Source of the DNA: a virus
Length of the DNA stretch: 64,000 bases
IMG/VR virus record: IMGVR_UViG_3300032177_000008
Location: 5,399 to 69,398 of that record
Strand: one strand, 5' to 3'
Positions 51,109-61,404 of this stretch are shown here, one piece after another. The stretch's first letter is position 1. Every line of letters starts with the position of its first letter. The position numbers and the translations under genes were made by a program. Below the pieces are notes generated by a model that worked only from the letters and a program-made list of their open reading frames with translations, searched no databases and was not told the DNA's origin.

Positions 51109-53216
51109 ATGAACTATAAATATACAAGCAATCCATCCGAAGTAGAGGAAATTGCAAAACAACTGCGACTGGAAAAATCTATTGCAGTGGATACAGAAAC
51201 TACCGGCCTACATCCACACGACAACCAAGTGATTCTTCTTTCTTTGAGTAGTCGAAAGAACACTTATCTGATTGATACCCGAGACAAGCGCTGTCTTTTA
51301 GCCTGCAAAGATTTGCTTGCAGATGAAGCAATTGCGAAGTTAGGCTTTAATCTTCTCTTCGATTACAGCATGATCAAGGGGACTGCTGGGATCGATTTAG
51401 AAGGCTGTTGGGATTTATTCTTAGGAGAGATCGCTCTCACAAATGGTATCCAATTTGATGGTCGCAGTTTGGCAGCAGTGACCAAGAAATACATCAAAAA
51501 GGAAAGAGATAAAACTCTCCAAAAGAGCTTCATTGGGCATGTGGGAGAATTCACAACTGAACAACTTGCTTACGCTGCTGAAGATACCGCTGATCTCTTT
51601 CTAATCGGTGACGAGATGAAAAAGAAGATTATACAAGAAAATCTTCTAGCCACTTGGAGAACGGAAAACAACGCGATTCCTGCTTATGGGGATATGTATG
51701 TCTATGGTCAAAAACTTGACACAAGCGCCTGGACTGATCTCATGCATACCCAGCAAGGAAAGTTGCTTGAGGCTAAAAAGGAGCTGGATACCTTCTTTGA
51801 GCCCGTCTATGGACAAGACCTCTTCGGCGGAACGGCAGTAAACTATGGTTCTCATTCACAAGTTCTTTATGGACTTCAGTGGATGGGGGTTGAAATTGAT
51901 GGCGCAGAGATTGAAAGCACAGGTAAGGAGGTGCAAAAGAAGATCATGCATCTTCCAGTCATTATGGCACTCAATAAATACCGTGCCGCGGAGACTGCTA
52001 TTAGCCGATATGGTCAAAAGTGGTTAGATGCGATCAATAAGAAAACGGGCAGAATCCATCTTCAGAATAATCAATGGGGAACTGAAACTGGACGAGGATC
52101 AGGAAAGGGAGGGCTCAATGATAGAAATATCCCGCGGGATAAACGCTATCGGCAGTGCTTCACAACTGACTCAGACCGGTTGATTTCCACAGTGGATTAT
52201 AGCGGGGCAGAGCTGCGTATTTTAGCAGAGCTCTCCGGAGATGAACTCATGATCAAAGGCTTCAACTCAGGAGTGGACTTCCATTGTTTTGTTGCAGCCA
52301 TGCTCTTTAATCGGGAGAAAGTAGAGAAGAAAGATCCGATTAGGCAACCTACGAAGACAATCAACTTCGGTTAGCGAGAAGCCGAGCCGAAATAAAACTC
52401 ACTCAATTCAGGGAAACCCGAATTACGTCTATGTAAAGGGCAATCCTGAGCGAATCCGGTGGGAACACTGGAAGCGTGCAACGACTCACAGCGCAGACAG
52501 AACGCCTGCGGACTGGGTACACGAAAGTGTAAATACGGTGAGGTAGCAAGATTTGCTACAAGGTATAGTCTGGACCAAAAGTAATTTTGGAAAATCCGTT
52601 AGCTTATGGAATGGGACCCACACGACTTTATGTATCGTTAATGGGTGAAGGATACAAAACAACAATAGAGGAATGCAAGGATCTTTTCGAGCGTTATAAA
52701 CGTACTTTCGGTACTGCAGTCGATTGGCTGGAAAGTCAGAAGGCAACTGCACGAAATAAACTCATGATGGTAAACACTTCCGGCAGAAAACGCTGGTGGA
52801 TCAAACCAGAATACGGGAGATCAAAAGCAACTGTTCTTGCAGCAATTAGAAAAAAGAACAAAGGAAAGGATCTAACTGAAGACCAAGAAAGTGAAGCTTA
52901 TAAAGAAGCTGAGGATAAATGTAAATCAGCCTGGTCTGGAATTGAGCGAGCTGGAGCTAATTTCTTGGTTCAAAGCGAGAACGTAGAATGGACCAAGCAG
53001 GCTATGTACGAAATCAGAAAGGAGTGCAAGAAAAGAAGCTATGACGCACGCATGTACAAAGAAGTCTATGATGAGATCGTTTTAGATGCCCCTAAAACAT
53101 GCGCAGAGGAAGTCCACGAGCTTCAGAAGAAAATCATGATCGAGTGTGGCCAGCGCCGAATGAATAAAGTGCCAGTAGAGGTAGAAGGACATTTAGATCC
53201 ATGCTGGACTAAATAA
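51109..53216 (+). CDS. polA: family A DNA polymerase with 3'-5' exonuclease; exons 51109-52371 and 52599-53216
   Basis: DTETTGL, FNLLFD, YAAED; motif A DYSGAELRILA; motif B KTINFG|LAYGMG restored by splicing; motif C VYDEIV. Confidence 0.92.
52372..52598 (+). ncRNA. group I self-splicing intron (227 nt, no ORF)
   Basis: Exon ends in U, intron ends in G; P aattcagggaaa, Q aatcctgagc, R gtgcaacgactca, S aggtatagtct; P1 ttcggt/gccga. Confidence 0.92.
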
Positions 53217-53231
53217 TAAAGGAGATGCGCT

Positions 53232-53408
53232 ATGAATTTAGAAGATTTGGATGCGCTAATAGATGAAGAAATTAGCGAAGCTTCTGCAAGAGGAAAGGAA
53301 TTTATTAAGCTCATCAAAGAAAGAACTCTTAAAGCACACCTATCTAAAAAATTTATTAAAGAAGCAATAGAAGAGTTTTTTGAAGGAAGTATAAAAACAC
53401 TGCACTAG
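53232..53408 (+). CDS. small hypothetical protein (58 aa, not in ORF track)
   Basis: AAAGGAG RBS, open frame MNLEDLD...TLH. Confidence 0.65.
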   Translation: MNLEDLDALIDEEISEASARGKEFIKLIKERTLKAHLSKKFIKEAIEEFFEGSIKTLH

Positions 53409-53425
53409 GAATAAGGAACAAAACA

Positions 53426-53728
53426 ATGCAAATAGCCCTAACCAATAAAACACCCAAAGTAGTCACCCGTCTTTCTGTCACCATTGAGCAACTTCAGGAG
53501 ATTATCAAGACTCTCTTGATTGCTAAAGGAAACGCGCTCCCTGGTCAAGAGATTGACCTCGAGATCGCGCCTGGTTATGTTCTTACATTCGATCCTCAGA
53601 TTCCTATCTTTAGTGAACAAGCGGACCGGTCTCGAACCCCAATCATTATCATGGGGAGTAAAGCTGAGGAAGAGCTTGAGAGAGATCCTTTTGAAAGAAT
53701 CACAGAAGGCAGACAAGTCATTCAGTAG
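53426..53728 (+). CDS. hypothetical protein
   Basis: AAGGA RBS. Confidence 0.7.
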   Translation: MQIALTNKTPKVVTRLSVTIEQLQEIIKTLLIAKGNALPGQEIDLEIAPGYVLTFDPQIPIFSEQADRSRTPIIIMGSKAEEELERDPFERITEGRQVIQ

Positions 53729-53793
53729 CTGATTATTAACCAGGGTTGAGTCCATGCTCGACCCTGGTTATTTTATTTGATATGATTTTACTT

Positions 53794-54057
53794 ATGAAAA
53801 AGTCATGGGAGTTGGGGTTTTTGAAAGTGGCTGGGTTAGGGGACTTTTTTAGAGGTGCCCGCGGTGCAGTTCAAAAGTCGGTAAGCGGCTCAGGAATTCG
53901 TGCAGCTGACCTTGCAATAAAAAGAACGTATCCAACTAGCTGGGTACCAAAGGTGGATGCTGTAAATACTAACCGCAATTTTAATGTAAGTGGTTGGTTA
54001 CCTGGCAGCCCAATTCCTGAAAAACTACGATACAAAGGACCTAAAAACAAGGCCTGA
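53794..54057 (+). CDS. small basic protein with WELGFLKVA motif
   Basis: Shares its N-terminal motif with late small proteins. Confidence 0.6.
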   Translation: MKKSWELGFLKVAGLGDFFRGARGAVQKSVSGSGIRAADLAIKRTYPTSWVPKVDAVNTNRNFNVSGWLPGSPIPEKLRYKGPKNKA

Positions 54058-54188
54058 CGCACCTGGCAAAAACAGCCCTTTTCCGGGTATAAGTTAATTA
54101 GTAGAGGATTTGCTATCTATTGCCCAGTCATCACTTAACCGATGGCTGGGCATTTGTATTTAAACCACCTTTAAATAAAGGAGAAAAT

Positions 54189-57100
54189 ATGCTTGCAAGA
54201 AAACTAAAGACTCAGTCCGTAGATCGAGACTTTGAATTGGCTCAGGCTGTTGGAAGAGAAATGCATCGGATCATGGAACCCTATACTAAAGATACAAACA
54301 CATGGTTCCTCGTTGATGCGTCTGCGCAAGCTCTCAGAGACAGTGTCCTAGATAATCATGAAGACCATATTCGAGCAGAAGACCTTAGAGACTTATCGCA
54401 AGCAACTATTCGTAGAATTGCGATTATGCAGCTTCAGCTTGCTGTAGATAAAAAGCAAGTTGAGGAGAATATCAGAAAGATATTTAAAACTGCAAAATGG
54501 TATCAAAAATGTCAATGCTGGGTAGAGTTAATTATCTATAGAATGTTTATGAGCCGGGTTCGTAATATTGTACAAAAACTAAAATAAGGAGGTCCAAATG
54601 ATGCCCAATCCAGCAACAAAACTAAGTAAAGATGATCATAAGCGATTACGAGAGTTTGTGAAGGTGCTGAGCGAGTTGAGTAAAAACTTCGTTGAGTTTG
54701 ATAAGAGGTACCCTGATGTACTTCCGCTACTCAAAGATCTAGCGGTTCTGCCCAATAAGCAAAACAGTTCCCTTCTAGAAATCTCGGAGTTCCACCTGAT
54801 ATCAAAAAGTCTTCATCTGATTAGTACTCGTTTTGCGAGAGATCTGATGATGAAGTTAAATAACAAAGATGCAGAAGTTGTTCAAGTCCCCTGTATTAAA
54901 TAATAGGAAATAATTTATATAAAATAATTTATATAAATTATTTCCTAATTAAAAAGGAGAATCCCATGTCACTCTTGATACGACGTAAGTCCGTCCTGTC
55001 TGGATTAGTTTGGATGCTCGTTGCAGTAGTTCTTGCAGTCGCCTTAGATTATGGTCTGCTTCGCGCAGTCTACAACCCAGAAGTTGTTCTTGAAGGTTTA
55101 GTACAAACATTTAAAACAATCTGGAAGTTTATACCTGGTAGTGAGCTCTTTCGATTAACACATAGCCCAACTGCAGTTCTTTTGTTCACGGTGATTTTCT
55201 GGGCAACGGTTACAACAAAAAACTTTCTGCCAAGAGCTTATGTGTTTTTAGGGCGAGTGCGGAAGTGTTTTAAAAAGGCAGTTTCGATTACCTTTGTTTC
55301 AGGTATAGCATCAGTAGCCTTAGCGGTCCTGCTATACCAGGAAATTAAAAATGGTGGGTCGGAACTTGAAATCCTTTTTGATCTTTCTGTGCTGCAGATA
55401 TCCGTCTACACATTTATTCGTTGTATGCGGAAATTCACTATCCCGGCTATCAAAACATCCTACGACAAAATGAATATTCATCTCGATGAGATGGAGCAAG
55501 TTCGTCAAGGTAATATCAATCCTATCAAAACAAAAGGAGAACGGTCATGTCACGTTGTGCAATAGTCTTATTGTCCTTGTCTATGTGTGCTTGTTCCCTA
55601 GCCCCTATTCGAAACTCGCCACTCTATGCTGAAGCGGGTGCCATCATTATCGCAGTGGAAGCCATCGACATTGTCGCTGGCTGTCCGTTGCAGCTGACTC
55701 AGAAGTTTGGAGACAAACTCCCTGAAGAAGCTAAATGTGATAAATAATTATCAACCGAAGGAACTGCACGGCGCTGTCATGCAGTTTCTTCATTTATTAA
55801 CAACATCAATATAAAAAAGGAGTCCTATATGTTACCAGTATTACTTGGAATGGCTTATGTGGCTACTGCTGTTGGGTCTGCGACTTATGCTGCTTTGTGG
55901 GGAATTGAGAAAGCTGTTACACCTCCGACTCCGTTCCAAACTCGTCGTAAGGAATTGCATAAGAGTCTTGAAACAGAGTTCGCTAAAATCGATGCATTCT
56001 GTAAGGAGTACGCTGAAGAGACTGCTAAAAAGATGATGGTGAGTGATGATCCAAATATCTTGATCACTCATGAGGGTAATCATTGGCGTGCTACTTCTGC
56101 CCCTCTACATAAGAAGATGGTTTTGGAGGCATTGAATAGTCATTTAGAAACCCTTGTGGGGATTCATAAGGCGGAATCTCTTACTTTTGAGGAACAGCGT
56201 GCACTAGTTGAGGATGTATTCGAGTGCAGAATAAAAGTAATTATGACGAATACTATAGAAAATGAGCTGGATCGTATAAAAAGGCGAGCAGAAATTGGGA
56301 TATTGAGAATAACTTATAACAAAGAGCTTGGTGCTATTAATAAGGAGGAGGAAGAAGCCTCTAAGACTAATAGCCTAAAACTCGTTAAGTGTTGATTGCA
56401 TAAGTTAGCGCACCAGTGAATAAACCCGCGGGCACATGCTGTGTGTACGTGGGTTTATTTTTATCTAACAGTTATTCTATAAATAAAAGGAGATTGTCAT
56501 GAACATTATAAAAAATAATTTAGAATGTCCTTGCTGTAAAAAAATTCTCGCGCTTATACAAGAAGAACGTGGCCAAGCAAATACACTTATGGAGATGACC
56601 TCTGCAAAAAAGACTAGAGTTAAGTACAAAGATGCTTTTGAAGTAGAAAAGGTAAGAATAAGAGAATTGATTTTGAGTCCTAAGTACTTAAAAATACGCG
56701 CTGAATATAGAGAGGTTTTTAATGATGATGACCGCCAAATCCGTAGGCGTAACATTGAAAGAAAAGTACAAACTGAATTAAAACCAAAATTTATGGATGA
56801 TGGAATGAGAGATTTTATGAGGTTGTACTTGTTTCATACGAATTACACTTAACCTAACGAAAGGAGATCGCCATGTACGTCATAAAAAACAACCTATCCT
56901 GTCCATGTTGCCAAAAGACTCTTTCCCTTGTTCAAAAGGAAAGAGGTCAAGAAGATGTGCTTCTTGAGGGAGATTTTGCAAAAGAAGTCAAAGCTAAGTG
57001 GGACATAGATTTCGAGTTCACTAAAGATGTGGTTAAGACTATGCTTTCTGATCCGCGATATGAAGATCTCCGTATCGAATACAAAAAAGCAATTGCAAAT

Positions 57101-58714
57101 GAAAGCGAAGAAGCTAAGTGGCGGCGTGGTGGGATTGAAGAGATCGTTGAGATCGATGTTGAGGCTAGAATAGATAGTCGATTCATGACTAATAAGATGA
57201 CATTCTTTATCAGAGAATGCTTGCTGGCTTAACCAAATTGTTAATGGTGCACACGACATTCTCGTGTGCGCCGTTTTATTTACAATAATATTATTAATAT
57301 AAAAAGGAGCAAAAATGCGTTTCAACCAAGAGCTCCATCCGGAGTACGTTTTAAATAAACGCGGAGATAAATTCATCCGCGGTCTTTATCAAGAGATGAT
57401 GGACAATGTTGTTTTTGACCAAGTAAACCCAGAAGAAGTCTATACAAAAAACATTGGGGAACTTGTCAAAGACGATTCTTTCATTCAGCACATCGTTTCA
57501 TGCAAAATGTTCAAGCAGTACGGTTCTAAAGTCTATTGCATCCAAAAAGACTTCGGCCAAGATCTTTCAAACATTGACCGAGAAATCCCGATCGATCATT
57601 TATCCGAACAGTTCATGGGCTACTTCTATCTCCCGCCAGGTACCATTGATGATGATGACGGAGATGTAGAAGGAGCTTATGTCTATATTGGGAAAATGAA
57701 GAACTACCCCCTCAAGGTGCGTGGAGTGGATAATCCAGAGATGAAGATATTAGCCGTTAGTATGCATAATCGAAGGATGACTACTCAGTCCTTTGGGTAT
57801 GTGTTGGGCCATTACTTCACCGAACTTACTGAGGATAAAGTAGGTGCAATGGGGGGTAATAATGGATTCAAAGGTGTTGACTACAGGTACATTGAAGGAA
57901 AGGTTACTGAGATTGGGATCGAGCCTGAAGCGCATAAAAAAAGAAATGCGGTTTACAGACTCTTTGTCAATGCAGTGCTTTACCTTCATTCTCAAGATGC
58001 TTTCATCGATCACTTAAGACCAACGGCTGATCTGTCTCAAACTAAAAAGAAACAAATCGAAGCACAGAAAGGAAAGGTGAATGAGTGTACTGTCCCTGTC
58101 ACTTTGATTAATTGGAACTACGGACAAGAGCGAACTTACAGTGTTGGCCTCACTCAGGTGAAGTCTCATCTGAGGTGGCAACGCTGTGGAGAAAACTTTA
58201 CTCAGATCAAACTAATATGGGTGAAAACTCATGAAAGACACTACAAGAATGTAGAAGCTCACGCCCAATAGCTTGATTAAACAGGTATAAGATAAATGTA
58301 GGCAACGATGGCGTTTCATAATTACCTCCTGTTATCGTTGTCTGCCCTAGGTGAGAAGAGCACGAATGTAGACATACACATTCGTGCTCTTCTCATTACT
58401 ATAATAATGAACCAAAAGGAGTCAGTATGATCTTTGTTCAGTATGCAATTATAGGTATGATTTATAAAGTAATCTGTGAACTCTCGTGGAATGGTTTAGA
58501 TAGGTTTTTTAAAAAAGCCAGCGTTGAGATAGAGATGGCGCATAAAAACCTATCCAGAGAAGATGCAGAAAAAGTAATCGATAAAGAAAGACCAAAAGAT
58601 CCTATGAGTAAGATTATTCTATGGGTTTTTTGGCCCGTTGAAGTAATGCTGCTTACTTTCGCATTTATAGTTTACCAAGTTGCTAAAAATAAAAACAAAC
58701 AAAACCAAGTCTGA
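54189..58714 (+). other. series of hypothetical genes (54189, 54598, 54966, 55547, 55829, 56499, 56873, 57315, 58427) with strong AGGAG RBSs and intergenic hairpins
   Basis: ORF track, RBSs and long inverted repeats; 56499 and 56873 are paralogues. Confidence 0.75.
57315..58271 (+). CDS. uncharacterised phage protein (C-terminal VKSHLRWQRCG..KLIWVKTH motif)
   Basis: 318-aa ORF, AAAAGGAG RBS. Confidence 0.8.
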   Translation: MRFNQELHPEYVLNKRGDKFIRGLYQEMMDNVVFDQVNPEEVYTKNIGELVKDDSFIQHIVSCKMFKQYGSKVYCIQKDFGQDLSNIDREIPIDHLSEQFMGYFYLPPGTIDDDDGDVEGAYVYIGKMKNYPLKVRGVDNPEMKILAVSMHNRRMTTQSFGYVLGHYFTELTEDKVGAMGGNNGFKGVDYRYIEGKVTEIGIEPEAHKKRNAVYRLFVNAVLYLHSQDAFIDHLRPTADLSQTKKKQIEAQKGKVNECTVPVTLINWNYGQERTYSVGLTQVKSHLRWQRCGENFTQIKLIWVKTHERHYKNVEAHAQ

Positions 58715-58810
58715 GTTGTAGAGATGTGTCAACAGCACATCTCTACAACTCAATTCCGATCCCGCTTCTAACGGACTAAAATAATCTGAAGCAAACCAAA
58801 GGAAACTCAA

Positions 58811-60214
58811 ATGGTAAAAAAGAAAACAAGTAATTTAGAACAAATCAAAACGTTTTTAGAAATCAAACAAAAGTGGGTGGAACGCGCTGCTGATAAGGAA
58901 GAGAAAACTGGAGTCCCTACTCAAATTCCACTCAGCAAATTTTTGAATAAAGAGCTGGAGAGTTCTGTTGCCGATGAAGTAGAAGCTTACGCTGAAGCTC
59001 TAGGTGCCAGAACTTTTGATGAGAAGCATCAGGCCATCCTCAATATTATTGAGGCTAGAACAAAAGCTCTCGTAGGTACCACCGAAGATCCAGAAGCGTT
59101 AGAAGAGTATGAAAACGCGATGGAAGATGGAGAAGAAGATGCCACAATCAAAGCCCCACGAAAAAGGGGTTGGTTGGAAACTACCTTCGACACACTCTGC
59201 GAAAAGTACGAAGATAGTCCATCAGAAGAGATTCAAAATGAACTGATGGCTCTCGTCGCACAGCTCGAGATTAATCGACGGGTGCATTTCTTCTACGATC
59301 TGCAAAAGCTCCGTGTTGCAGCAGGGCTTCGCAGTGGAACCTATGAACGAGTCTTTGGTGTCAAAGACCTATTCATCGACCACACTGTAGAGCATCTTGA
59401 AAGAATCGAGCGACAAACCGAAAAGATGGTCGATGATATTCTCCAGCGATCCCCGGATAGCCCCTTCTACAACTACCTGATTAATACCTACCGCGGAGTC
59501 GGTACGATGATGGCGGGTTGTATTATCTCAGAAGTCTCTGCTCCTGAACGCTTCCACAGTGTCTCCGCACTTTGGAAATACGCAGGATTAGCGGTTCTAG
59601 GAAATGATGTGAACACCGGGTCGGGTGGTCATGCCCAATACCGCAAAAAAGGAGAGAAAGCCGAGTGGAATCACTTCCTTCGTACTAAACTCCTAGGGGT
59701 ACTTGCCTCCTGTATGACTAAGGCACAGATGCCTTACTACACAGGGTTCGCAGGTAAGTACAATGAGAAGAATGCACCTTCTCCTGATCTTGTAGGATTG
59801 CCTAAACCGCATCCAAAAGATCCATCCAAGTGTGTCAATGTGAAGGTCATGATGGATTACAAAATGCGACTCAGCACACGAAACGAAATGATCCCAGAGG
59901 ATTTTCGAGTCTATAACATTAAAGGAAGAGAAATTTTCCAATATCGTAAAGACACGCCTATCCAGGCCTTTGATAAAAACAAAAAGCCTACTGTGGATGT
60001 AATTCCTAGTCAGCTCTCTCGTAAATCAAAGGGACACATCAATAAAATGGCTTCCCGTTACATGATCAAGATGTTTATCACAGATATCTTGAACAAGTGG
60101 CGAGAGTACAAAGGGTTCGTGCCTCTTCTTACCTATGATGAGGCTAAACTCCGAGGCGGAATCCCACATAAGGGACTTAACCTAATTCGGATTAATCCTG
60201 AAGTGAGAGCATAA
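58811..60214 (+). CDS. Nop/IS110-Tnp-like RNA-binding protein, TasA-like (no recognisable nuclease domain)
   Basis: FYDLQKLRVAAGLR coiled coil; YRGVGTMMAGCIISE..ERFHSVSALWKYAGL; RKKG....WN..L; GHINKMASRYMIKMF; adjacent dual-spacer array; no N-terminal DEDD/RuvC or HNH motif seen. Confidence 0.8.
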   Translation: MVKKKTSNLEQIKTFLEIKQKWVERAADKEEKTGVPTQIPLSKFLNKELESSVADEVEAYAEALGARTFDEKHQAILNIIEARTKALVGTTEDPEALEEYENAMEDGEEDATIKAPRKRGWLETTFDTLCEKYEDSPSEEIQNELMALVAQLEINRRVHFFYDLQKLRVAAGLRSGTYERVFGVKDLFIDHTVEHLERIERQTEKMVDDILQRSPDSPFYNYLINTYRGVGTMMAGCIISEVSAPERFHSVSALWKYAGLAVLGNDVNTGSGGHAQYRKKGEKAEWNHFLRTKLLGVLASCMTKAQMPYYTGFAGKYNEKNAPSPDLVGLPKPHPKDPSKCVNVKVMMDYKMRLSTRNEMIPEDFRVYNIKGREIFQYRKDTPIQAFDKNKKPTVDVIPSQLSRKSKGHINKMASRYMIKMFITDILNKWREYKGFVPLLTYDEAKLRGGIPHKGLNLIRINPEVRA

Positions 60215-60255
60215 ATATAAAATATATAATATAATATATTTTATATTCTAAACTA

Positions 60256-60287
60256 ACCGGGGCGGGTGAGAGCTCGTCCCGGTTTTT
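60256..60287 (+). terminator. hairpin plus T-run abutting the array start
   Basis: aaccggg...cccggtt ttt. Confidence 0.6.
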
Positions 60288-61394
60288 GCCTTGCAAGAAT
60301 TGAAATCCAGAGTTCAACTTCGTGCCAAGCCCTTTCTGAAATCCAATCAGAACGTTCGTGCCACATATCCCGTGAAAACCAGTATACGTGTTCGTGCCTC
60401 ATCCTTCCTGAATACCAATCAGAACGTTCATGCCATTGATCTACTGAAACCCACGGCGCATTTGCGTGCCAAACCCGAGTTGTAAACCAACCCCATTGTT
60501 CGTGCCCTACGCCTTTTGAAATCCAAAACGGGAATTCGTTCCAGAGGAGTTATGAAAACCATAGCAATCTTGATTGCCCTACGGTGCTTGAAACCCCAAA
60601 CGGTAGTTCGTGTCAAAAACTATATGCAATCCAAAATTGAACTTCGCGTCATCGAGGTAATGAAGCCCTATTTGATTGTTCGTGCCAAGACATCAATGCT
60701 AACCCAACAAGTTCTGCTATCCATCCCCACTTTGAAAACCCGCAGTGAAATGATTGCCTTTCGAGCCCTGTAAACCCAGACAGGAATGCGTGCCACTATA
60801 AACTTGATACCCAGATTGCCGATAGGAAATTGAAACCCTAATTTTGACTGCTTGCCCCATCGATGTTGAAGTCCAAGACGCTTATTCGTGACAATGCTTT
60901 ATTGAAAACCTAGAATGAAGTTCGCGCCAGTGCTCATTTGAAAACCAATATGGCCATTCGTGCCTTTGAACCAATGCCGCCCAAAATGATGGTGCTTACC
61001 AAACGTAAACTGCAACCCTACAAAAGAATGTGTGCCTTTCTCTTCGTGAAGACCAACGGATTATTTCGTGCCATACCAGGTCTGAAACCCAAAAAGCGAA
61101 TTCGTGCCAATAGGGAATTGAAAACCAAACAGCCATGTCGTGCCCCGCCCACATTGAAACCCACTGGATTTATTCGTGCCTTACATCTCTTGAACCCCAT
61201 CGGTTTCGTTCGTGCCTTGATAGACCTGAAAACCAGACCAGTATTTCGTGCCTAAGAGACCGTGTAACCCATGATCGCCCCGCGTACTACCAATCATATG
61301 AAACCCTAATCTCTGATGTTTGCCATTATGCGATTGAACCCCTAGAGGTGAATTCGTACCACTTCTGCATTGAAGTCTAATGCAGAAGTGGTAG
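60283..61394 (+). repeat. TIGR-like array 1: 31 units of 36 bp
   Basis: Alternating 9-nt repeats TKCGTGCCH and TGAAANCCH separated by variable 9-nt spacers; one unit has a 10-nt deletion (~60814). Confidence 0.92.
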
Positions 61395-61404
61395 TTGTAA
61401 TAAA

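Noticed and set aside
52372-52374. TAG stop-codon recoding in polA
   Set aside because: Explained by the group I intron; other genes are intact in the standard code and several end in TAG
58811-60214. Ordinary IS110 transposase / insertion sequence
   Set aside because: No N-terminal DEDD RuvC motif, no element ends seen, and it is followed by a multi-unit guide array
60291-61380. ORFs inside the array with a 12-aa RA...LK(P/T) periodicity
   Set aside because: By-product of the 36-nt period; interrupted by stops and a 10-nt deletion, with no RBS
60283-61394. CRISPR array interpretation
   Set aside because: Constant segments are only 9 nt and alternate between two types, with 9-nt variable segments; no cas genes are adjacent
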